Below are positions 18,481 to 25,811 of a stretch of DNA of 64,000 nt, in pieces. Made by a program: the position numbers and the translations under genes. The DNA is taken from contig MHLM01000015.1 in assembly GCA_001821395.1 (NCBI GenBank), positions 2,293-66,292 of the forward strand, in the 5' to 3' direction. Source of the stretch: Candidatus Lloydbacteria bacterium RIFCSPHIGHO2_02_FULL_50_18. GTDB lineage: Bacteria; Patescibacteriota; Minisyncoccia; Phycocordibacterales; UBA6899. Within the stretch, counting starts at the first letter, position 1; every line of letters begins with the position of its first letter. Under the pieces are notes generated by a model. It did no database searches, was not told the origin of the DNA, and saw nothing but the letters and a program-made list of their open reading frames with translations.

Positions 18481-19686
18481 TCACAACTCCCCAGCAAAGG
18501 CCTTTTTCAACACTGATTTTTTAAGCTCCTCAATATCAGCAAGTTTTTGCCCGTAGATTCCTTCAAGTTTTTTTGTCTGCTCCGCAAGCGCATCGAGCTT
18601 TTTGACGATGGTTTTTTGCTCTGAGACAGATGGAAATGGAAACCGCTCATGCTCAAACGTTGCCATGTTGATATTGGCCTGCGCACTTCCTTTTCCTTTT
18701 GCCTGGAGTACTGCCTTAAATGATTGCAAAAGATACTCGACAAAATTAGTATCTGCAATTTTGGGATTAGCAACAAGTCCGATCACGCTATCAGGAAAAC
18801 ACGCATCGAAATTCAGAATTCCAGTTTCTGCGATATTCGCCGCAATCGTAATGCAGATAGTTCCTCTCGGCCACAGCTTGCTCTGCGCCAGTCCCGCCTC
18901 GCTATACGACTGTGAGTACTCCACAATAAAGTGTCCAGAATTTCGAATATCTCCCGTCTGAATAAAGGGGTACTTTCCGCCATAGAGTTTTTTGTCGTTT
19001 CTTGGGCGATGCTTAGATTTTCCTCTGCCGAATTGCAGGGAGACTTCTTCTAGCGTCTTTTTCTCCCATTTCGAATTTTCAAAAACCCCCTGCAAATACG
19101 ATTCAAAAAGTTCGCGGGAATTCTTCAAATTCTTCTCCGCATTCTCCTTCGCCTTCTCCACTCCCTCAAAAACCTCATCAAGAATTTTTACGATGCGCTT
19201 TTGCTCGATCGCAGAAGGAAAAGGTATCTCAACCTCTTTTAATTTTGTTCCAGAAAGTTCCTTAAAAGTTGTACCACTACCCAAACTATTCAAAAGTTCA
19301 ACTGAATCTTTCAAAAAATAATAGAGAAATTTTGTATCAAGATTTTTATTCGGTATTAATCCCTTACACCCCTGATTTGTTGAAATTTCTTTTGTGTTTA
19401 TCGCCAAGTGACCAATCGGAGCACGGGTAGACAAAATAATCGAGTTGGGTGGAATGATTTTTGCTGACGACCTTTCTAATCCAGCCTTTGAAATTTTTCG
19501 TTCTGTTTCCTCAACGTATATTTTCCTAAGTCTCCCCATGTCTTTGGGTGTGATCCACAAAATATTTCCATCCCAGTACCTCAAAACGCCCGTTTTAGGA
19601 GTTCCTCCGTTTACAATCTCGCAAACCTCCCCAAGTTTTTTTATTTGCCAGTTAGTTTTCATAGTGAGAAATAATTTGCTTTCCAT
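18481..19686 (-). CDS. hsdS: Type I restriction-modification specificity subunit
   Basis: Two target-recognition-domain halves with conserved HsdS N-terminal and central repeats (EVCEIVNGGTPKTG...; ...VSEQKTIVKKLDAL). Confidence 0.85.
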   Translation of the reverse strand: MESKLFLTMKTNWQIKKLGEVCEIVNGGTPKTGVLRYWDGNILWITPKDMGRLRKIYVEETERKISKAGLERSSAKIIPPNSIILSTRAPIGHLAINTKEISTNQGCKGLIPNKNLDTKFLYYFLKDSVELLNSLGSGTTFKELSGTKLKEVEIPFPSAIEQKRIVKILDEVFEGVEKAKENAEKNLKNSRELFESYLQGVFENSKWEKKTLEEVSLQFGRGKSKHRPRNDKKLYGGKYPFIQTGDIRNSGHFIVEYSQSYSEAGLAQSKLWPRGTICITIAANIAETGILNFDACFPDSVIGLVANPKIADTNFVEYLLQSFKAVLQAKGKGSAQANINMATFEHERFPFPSVSEQKTIVKKLDALAEQTKKLEGIYGQKLADIEELKKSVLKKAFAGEL

Positions 19687-20821
19687 TCTGTATCAATTGG
19701 TCGTAAGTGAGAATGTCTATATCATGTAAACTAGAGTTTAAAAAATGAAGAGCTTTTTTCTCATCCTCAGTAAAGGCATCTGACCGACCGAGAATGAGCT
19801 GGACTCTTGGTCTTAGTATTCGAACAGAGTGCTGAATCGACAAAGTTTTTTTATAGTCTTCGATTCTTTGTAAATAAATTAAGGACTGACCAATTGCTTC
19901 CGAGAAAGGGCTCGTAGGGAAATGGCAACGATGCGAAGTATCATATCTAAACAGCGGGCTGCCGACACTTGGCCTCTTAACTTCAATGAGGCTGATAAAT
20001 CCATCGGGCGTTTCGAGTACGATGTCTGCCTCAGAGTTATCTTCTCCAATCTTCCTGAATGTGTGCTTTTTGTAGTACTCGACTCCAAAAACCCACAAAT
20101 TAGCCCCAATCCATTTATGAAACACACCCTCTGGTTGATTTGCGTGATATTTCTTTAGTGCACCATTTCCTTTTATTGCCTCAAGGAAATTCACGTCAGA
20201 TTCGATGCTTAAAAGGTATTCTAAATTAGCAATAGCCTCTTTGTGTTCTTTTTGTTTTATTGCTGCGCTCAAACTCTCGACGTCAAGGGCATCAATATTC
20301 TCAATAAACTTCTGAAATAAACTATTTCTTTCAGCGGTGCCCAACTTATTAAAAAGCTGAAACAGCTGATCAGATGTTAATGCTTGCGACCCATGCAATA
20401 ACTGTGAAAATGCATTCTTTCGCTCCACAAGTTCACTTACGTTTTGATCAGTAAATTTTAAATTTTCCTTAGAAGTTAAGTCCAGTAAATCTAATGATTC
20501 AAGAAACTTAATAAAGCGAGTAAGTGCTCCTCCATGAAAACTGAAAGATTGATTATGTGGTATGCCAGTATCTTTTGAAAATCTTTGAATGCGCAATGAA
20601 AACCCAGTGGTGTCTTGATTATAAATAGCGGTTATTTCTTGCACTGCGCTTTCGCGTATGACCTCAAAAACTTTCTTTTCTTTTTGATCGTTATAAAAAT
20701 CTTTAAAATCTTTTAGCTCAAATACTTTTGAAATGTATCTGATGTTCCCATCTTTCCCAATCGCCCTACTCACATAAGTAAGTGCGGGGTCTTTTTTGAT
20801 CGCATACTCTCCATTGCTCAT
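19652..20821 (-). CDS. Shedu-like (DUF4263-type) PD-(D/E)XK nuclease embedded between hsdM and hsdS
   Basis: C-terminal nuclease core LWVFGVEYYKK...EADIVLETPDGFISLIEVKRPS (D...E-V-K). Size and layout resemble SduA. It overlaps hsdM by 4 nt and hsdS by ~11-35 nt, so it is operonic. Confidence 0.55.
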   Translation of the reverse strand: MSNGEYAIKKDPALTYVSRAIGKDGNIRYISKVFELKDFKDFYNDQKEKKVFEVIRESAVQEITAIYNQDTTGFSLRIQRFSKDTGIPHNQSFSFHGGALTRFIKFLESLDLLDLTSKENLKFTDQNVSELVERKNAFSQLLHGSQALTSDQLFQLFNKLGTAERNSLFQKFIENIDALDVESLSAAIKQKEHKEAIANLEYLLSIESDVNFLEAIKGNGALKKYHANQPEGVFHKWIGANLWVFGVEYYKKHTFRKIGEDNSEADIVLETPDGFISLIEVKRPSVGSPLFRYDTSHRCHFPTSPFSEAIGQSLIYLQRIEDYKKTLSIQHSVRILRPRVQLILGRSDAFTEDEKKALHFLNSSLHDIDILTYDQLIQNGKQIISHYEN

Positions 20822-22263
20822 AACAAGTTTTTCAATATCTGAGCACTTTCTTTATCCAATTTCTCCATTTCCTTCAAAATCTCCTTCGGGGTGCGCAGCG
20901 CTACCTCACCTCCCTTGTTTGGATTCTTTGCCGATAGGTCGAAGGTCTTCTGGTCGACGTCTTTTATGTCTATGCTCCATGAATTTTCAGAATCACCATT
21001 CGTCTCTTGGAGTTTTATAAAATCAGCAAGGTCGGCTTCGTTGAGTGCATTGGTCTTGCCGAGGTTGCGGTCGAGGTTGAGCTGATAGAACCAGACTTTT
21101 TTCGTTGGTGCACCCTTCTCAAAAAAGAGTATGACCGTTTTCACCCCTGCACCAGTGAATGTGCCACCTGGCAGGTCGAGCACGGTGTGGAGATTGCAAC
21201 TTTCAAGCAGCATTTTGCGAAGCGACACCGAAGCATTGTCGGTGTTGGAAAGAAAGGTGTTTTTGATGACCACACCCGCTTTTCCTCCGGCTTTCAGCAT
21301 TTTGATGAAATGCTGGAGAAAAAGAAATGCCGTCTCTCCCGTTTTGATAGGAAAATTCTGCTGTACCTCAGGTCTCTCTGAGCCTCCAAATGGCGGATTC
21401 GCAAGCACGATCTCATAGCGGTCTTTCTCCTGAATATCCGCAAGGTTTTCGGCAAGTGTGTTGGTGTGAATGATGTTCGGAGCCTCGATGCCATGGAGAA
21501 TCATGTTCATGATGCCAATGATGTAGGCGAGCGATTTCTTCTCCTTGCCGTAAAATGTCTTCTTCTGAAGTGTCTGCATGTCGCTTGTCGAAAGCTTCTT
21601 GCTCTCCTTCAAGTATTCAAACGCTTCCACGAGGAATCCCGCCGAGCCCACAGCCCCATCATAGACTTTATCGCCGATTTTTGGAGCGACCACCTTCACG
21701 ATGGTCTTGATGAGTGGGCGCGGGGTGTAGTACTCGCCACCATTGCGCCCTGCGTTGCCCATGTTCTTTATCTTGCCCTCGTAAAGGTGTGAAAGCTCGT
21801 GCTTTTCGCTCTGCGAGCGAAAGTGCATTCCATCCACGAGGTTCAGCACCTCGCGGAGGTTGTACCCACTTTGTATCTTGTTTTTGATCTCGCTAAAAAT
21901 TTCTCCGATCTTGTACTCGATCGTGTCGGGACTCACTGCATCCGCCTTGAATTTCTTGAAATACGGAAAAAGCTCGCGCTCGACGAAATCCTTAAGGTCA
22001 TCACCCGACAGTGCTTTGCTGTGGTCAATCTTCTTATCTCCTGTCTTGGGCACTGCCCACACTTCCCAGCGAAACTTCGGCGAGATGATATATTCGTATT
22101 TTTTACCTGCGAGCTTCGCCTCGGTCTCCTTATCCTTTTCAAGATCATCAAGATACTTGAGAAAGAGCACCCACGAAGTCTGCTCGATATAATCCAGCTC
22201 ACTCGACGCCCCCGCATCCTTACGCAATATGTCATCAATATTTTTAAAGTGTTGTTCAAACAT
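20818..22263 (-). CDS. hsdM: Type I restriction-modification DNA methyltransferase subunit
   Basis: N6-adenine MTase motifs including LANPPFGGSE and an HsdM N-terminal domain. The ORF-track N-extension to 22314 overlaps the tRNA. The real start is MFEQHF at 22263, 7 nt after the tRNA 3' end. Confidence 0.9.
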   Translation of the reverse strand: MFEQHFKNIDDILRKDAGASSELDYIEQTSWVLFLKYLDDLEKDKETEAKLAGKKYEYIISPKFRWEVWAVPKTGDKKIDHSKALSGDDLKDFVERELFPYFKKFKADAVSPDTIEYKIGEIFSEIKNKIQSGYNLREVLNLVDGMHFRSQSEKHELSHLYEGKIKNMGNAGRNGGEYYTPRPLIKTIVKVVAPKIGDKVYDGAVGSAGFLVEAFEYLKESKKLSTSDMQTLQKKTFYGKEKKSLAYIIGIMNMILHGIEAPNIIHTNTLAENLADIQEKDRYEIVLANPPFGGSERPEVQQNFPIKTGETAFLFLQHFIKMLKAGGKAGVVIKNTFLSNTDNASVSLRKMLLESCNLHTVLDLPGGTFTGAGVKTVILFFEKGAPTKKVWFYQLNLDRNLGKTNALNEADLADFIKLQETNGDSENSWSIDIKDVDQKTFDLSAKNPNKGGEVALRTPKEILKEMEKLDKESAQILKNLL

Positions 22264-22269
22264 TTTTTT

Positions 22270-22345
22270 TGGTGGACCATGGGAGAATCGAACTCCCCAC
22301 CTCTTCCATGCCATGGAAGCGCTCTACCAAATGAGCTAATGGCCC
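22270..22345 (-). tRNA. tRNA-Ala (anticodon GGC), G3:U70, CCA encoded
   Basis: Manual fold: acceptor GGGCCAT/ATGGTCC with G3:U70, anticodon stem CTTCC/GGAAG with loop ATGGCAT, T-arm GGGAG-TTCGATT-CTCCC, then ACCA. Confidence 0.85.
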
Positions 22346-22640
22346 GTAGAAAGATGATAACTTACAAATGGGTTTTCTTCAATGAAGACGGGGGGGGTCG
22401 AGTCGTGAAGGGAGTCGAAGCTTATTCGAGATCGTCATCGCAAGCTTTGTGGAGATGGCAAGTCGTGTAGTGCGTTGCCGGAGGGCAACACTGCTACGAA
22501 AAAGCCAACCGGGTGTCTGGCTTTGCGGACTTGGCTTACAGCTTCAGTACGCCTTTTCGATTTATTCAGAGCGAAGCTCTTCATAAATAACGAAAAGCCC
22601 TTCGACTCCCCGCCGCAAGTGAAGCAGTTCACTTGCTTGA

Positions 22641-22694
22641 GTCCACAGGTACAAAAAAATTACGATTTCTCGTAATTTTTTTGTACCTGTGGAC
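22641..22694 (-). terminator. Perfect 54-nt palindrome / intrinsic terminator overlapping the tRNA-Ala(CGC) 3' end
   Basis: GTCCACAGGTAC-AAAAAAA-TTACGA-ttct-TCGTAA-TTTTTTT-GTACCTGTGGAC. The 3' arm includes the first nucleotides of the tRNA 3' terminus. Confidence 0.6.
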
Positions 22695-22760
22695 TCACGG
22701 GGAGTCGAACCCCGGACTCGGCAATGCGAATGCCGTGTAATACCACTTTACTATGAGCCC
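22690..22760 (-). tRNA. tRNA-Ala (anticodon CGC), G3:U70, no CCA encoded
   Basis: Manual fold: acceptor GGGCTCA/TGAGTCC (G3:U70), anticodon stem CGGCA/TGCCG with loop TTCGCAT, T-arm CGGGG-TTCGACT-CCCCG, discriminator A. Confidence 0.8.
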
Positions 22761-22805
22761 AGTAGGCGAATAGTAGCGAATTTATCCGTGGGGTGCAAAT
22801 TGTTG

Positions 22806-22849
22806 GACCGTACAGGAATCTCGGCTACCGCCGCGGGTGATATTCAATT
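22806..22849. repeat. tRNA-Ala(TGC) 3'-end fragment (tggaccgtacagga) fused to the conserved 34-nt element; attR-like scar
   Basis: 14 nt identical to the acceptor/T-stem of tRNA-Ala(TGC) at 23197-23210. It is followed by aatctcggctaccgccgcgggtgatattcaat, identical to 2247-2280. Confidence 0.6.
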
Positions 22850-23141
22850 TCGTACAGGAATTTCGACGCCTACTGCGTCAGTACCCAGTTTCAATTTGAA
22901 TACAGGACTCTTCCTCTACGAGGACAGTATACCTTTCACCACAGAGAGTACTTCTTGTTTTCTAGCTCACTTCGTTCGTAAGTAAACAATGTCGTCCGTT
23001 TACTGAGGATAAGAATCCTGCCGTACAGGAATCTCTCCCCTTACAGGGGCAGTGTCCAGTTTCGATTTACTCAAAATAGGAATTTCTCGTAAATATCGAA
23101 ACAGGCTTCGAGTCCTTACGCAAGCAATGCAGATTGCTTGC

Positions 23142-23206
23142 TACGGTCCACACCATATAAGAAAAAACTGCCTTACGGCAGTTTTTACTTTATGGTGTGG
23201 ACCGTA
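23142..23206 (-). terminator. Extended hairpin / terminator overlapping the tRNA-Ala(TGC) 3' end
   Basis: ctacggtccacaccata-aagaaaaaa-CTGCC-ttac-GGCAG-ttttta-ctttatggtgtggaccgta: GC stem flanked by A/T tracts. The outer arms are an inverted copy of the tRNA acceptor 3' strand. Confidence 0.55.
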
Positions 23207-23270
23207 CAGGACTCGAACCTGCCACCCCCGCATTGCAAATGCGGTGCTCTACCAGATGAGCTAACGGCCC
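23198..23270 (-). tRNA. tRNA-Ala (anticodon TGC), G3:U70
   Basis: Manual fold: acceptor GGGCCGT/ACGGTCC (G3:U70), anticodon stem CCGCA/TGCGG with loop TTTGCAA, T-arm GCAGG-TTCGAGT-CCTGT. Confidence 0.85.
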
Positions 23271-23525
23271 TAAAACATTTTGCTGCAAAACGTTCGGGCG
23301 AACAATTTTTCGGAAAATTGTTTTAGCCCAATGACCAACAAAGAGCTTCTTCGTCAGTAACGGAAAGAATACACTAAAACAGTATCTCAAACAAGTACCC
23401 CACCGATCACAGAAGAAGAGCGATGTATCTTTCAACTATTTCCTCAAGTGTAAGCCGTTCCTATTGTGCGGCAGAGGTGGGGTCCATACGATCAAATACC
23501 ACTGACGCGGCGATTGAGAACCTGA

Positions 23526-24491
23526 TCACCGTGACACGACACATAGTCCAATCACATGATCGAGAAATTCGGGAAACGCTACTCCCCCGGCCGCGAGCGC
23601 TTTAGGAATGAGTGATTCATCAGTGAGTCCCGGGAGCGTATTGATCTCAAGCGTGTAGATACCATCATCGGAAATAATGAAGTCTGTACGAGAATAATGC
23701 CGTGCACCGATCGCTCGGTGCGCTTTGACCGCCATGTCGCGGAGTGTACTGTGCATCCCAAGCGTGAATCTTCCGGGGCATATCTCACTCGTCGCACCCC
23801 CATACTTCGCTTCGTAATCAAAAAATTCCTTGGAACCCTGCGGAACGATCTCGATCGGATAGAGGACAAAATATTCACCCTCCGCTCCGCTGTCAATGAC
23901 GCACACGGTTGCCTCCTTTCCTGAAATGACATCTTCAACAAGCACATCACCGAATTGTGCGGCGATCTCTATTGCAGACGCCAGTTCCGGAAAAGAGCGC
24001 ACGATCGTTGTACCAACGGACGACCCCCCCGTAACCGGCTTCACGATAAGCGGAAAATTTCTATTGCGGTAGATCTCAAAAGCGGCATCGGCAATATCCA
24101 CCCCCCCAACGACGATATCTCCACGGGGTACCAAAAGTCCGTTTTCCACAAAGCGCTCTTTTGCCAGACCCTTGTGCATACCGATGGCCGACGGTAGCGA
24201 TGCGGAGCCTGTGTACGGCATGCCGAACTGTTCAAAAAGCTGTTGTATCTTCCCATCTTCACCGTACGTGCCATGAAGGGCGTTCCAAATGACGTCAACG
24301 TGGGCGGCGATATTCGCAAAGTCCGTCTGCATGCCGTTCATGAGCCACTCACCGCCTTTTGTTAAAATGATATCGACGGGAGCATATTTGTTTTGATCGA
24401 GACTACGCAGCACGTTAGCACCCGTATTGAGGGAGACCTCATATTCACTTGAGGGACCGCCGCGCACTACGCCAACACGGATCTTTTCCAT
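23526..24491 (-). CDS. ddl: D-alanine--D-alanine ligase
   Basis: MEKIRVGVVRGGPSSEYEVSLNTG... ATP-grasp family with Ddl N-terminal signature. Confidence 0.85.
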   Translation of the reverse strand: MEKIRVGVVRGGPSSEYEVSLNTGANVLRSLDQNKYAPVDIILTKGGEWLMNGMQTDFANIAAHVDVIWNALHGTYGEDGKIQQLFEQFGMPYTGSASLPSAIGMHKGLAKERFVENGLLVPRGDIVVGGVDIADAAFEIYRNRNFPLIVKPVTGGSSVGTTIVRSFPELASAIEIAAQFGDVLVEDVISGKEATVCVIDSGAEGEYFVLYPIEIVPQGSKEFFDYEAKYGGATSEICPGRFTLGMHSTLRDMAVKAHRAIGARHYSRTDFIISDDGIYTLEINTLPGLTDESLIPKALAAGGVAFPEFLDHVIGLCVVSR

Positions 24492-24524
24492 ACATCCATT
24501 ATAACGCAAAAGGGACGTCGGGGG

Positions 24525-25799
24525 TTACTTTTTTGAGGGCGTTATCCTATCTCTCAACTGCCGATGATATGCAACCGCAAAACGATGGGACTCTGCATTA
24601 CCGAGAAGAATGCCGCGCTTGTATGATTCTACGATCTCCTTGTTCCCCAGTATTGCCTTTGGTTTATGTCGTTCATCCTTAACGACACTGACGATATCGA
24701 TCGAAGCACCGAGTTCCTTCATTACCTTCTCGGCTCGCCGCTTTTGCGCGGTACTGCCGTCGATCACGAGCAGGTCCGGACTGGTCCATTCCGTGTGGCT
24801 GAATCTGCGGCGAAGCACCTCATCAAGATGCAGCGTATCATCGGACTTTTCGCTTTCAATACGGATCTTGAATTTACGATAATCACTCTTCTTTATGTGT
24901 CCGTCTTCGACCACCACCATGACACCGACCGTGTATTTTCCTCCGATGTGCGCTATGTCGTACGCTTCAATACGAAATGCTTTCCCTCGCTTTCGAGATG
25001 ACTCGCGCGACACTTCGCGGATCTCATCACTGATCAGCGACACATCATTGATGTGCATCAGTCCGAACAGCGTGTTCTTGCATTCCTGCGCTTTTTCAAA
25101 CTCATGTCTTTTCGCATGTGCATGCATCGCTTTTTCGACGCGCGTGAGAACGACCTTTTTCTTTCCTTCAAAGAATAGTGCAATATTACGGATCTGCTCA
25201 CCGTAGTCCTTTGCGGAGATCTCGCCAGTGCAAACACCCGGACATAAGCCTATTTGGCGATTGAAACATGGCTTACCTTGATGCAGAGTGCCCGTCTGCC
25301 TGGGCAGGCAGGTATCTCTGAATGGAAAGATCTTGCGGATCAGTTTCAATGCCATAGCCAAATTCGTTCCGTGCGGAAACGGTCCGAAGATATATTTATA
25401 TTTACTTTTGAGATCACTGTCTCCCGAAAGCATCGTGCGTTCGCGAATGCTTATGACACGCGGAAATTCTTCCTCAGTGATCACAATATAGTTAAAACTT
25501 TTATTATCCTTTTCTTTGGTGTTGTAATACGGCTGATGCTCTTTGATGAGGCTCGCCTCCAAGATCACGGCCTCGAGCACCGAATCGGTCGCTGTATGCA
25601 TGACGCCCTTCGCGAGCGTGACCATGTCGACGATATGCTTTCCGCGCGTATGCAAAAGATCGTTCGCAAAATAACTGCGTACGCGATCGGCAAGCGATGT
25701 CGCTTTGCCGATATACATGATCCCACCTTTGGCATCGAGGAACCGATAGACCCCCGGCTTGTCGGGAAGTTTGGCTTTTTTCAGTTCTTCTTTGAGCAT
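24525..25799 (-). CDS. uvrC: Excinuclease ABC subunit C, short form lacking the C-terminal (HhH)2 domain
   Basis: GIY-YIG (PGVYRFLDAKGGIMYIGKATSLADRVRSYF), Cys motif CFNRQIGLCPGVC, UVR helix, RNase H-like endonuclease domain (EAYDIAHIGGKYTVGVMVVV). The protein ends before any HhH motif. Confidence 0.8.
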   Translation of the reverse strand: MLKEELKKAKLPDKPGVYRFLDAKGGIMYIGKATSLADRVRSYFANDLLHTRGKHIVDMVTLAKGVMHTATDSVLEAVILEASLIKEHQPYYNTKEKDNKSFNYIVITEEEFPRVISIRERTMLSGDSDLKSKYKYIFGPFPHGTNLAMALKLIRKIFPFRDTCLPRQTGTLHQGKPCFNRQIGLCPGVCTGEISAKDYGEQIRNIALFFEGKKKVVLTRVEKAMHAHAKRHEFEKAQECKNTLFGLMHINDVSLISDEIREVSRESSRKRGKAFRIEAYDIAHIGGKYTVGVMVVVEDGHIKKSDYRKFKIRIESEKSDDTLHLDEVLRRRFSHTEWTSPDLLVIDGSTAQKRRAEKVMKELGASIDIVSVVKDERHKPKAILGNKEIVESYKRGILLGNAESHRFAVAYHRQLRDRITPSKK

Positions 25800-25811
25800 G
25801 ATCGCAGTTTA

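Noticed and set aside
22264-22314. N-terminal extension of the hsdM ORF (MAWKRWGVRFSHGPPKK) in the ORF track
   Set aside because: It overlaps the tRNA-Ala(GGC) gene. The real start is taken as the internal Met at 22263.
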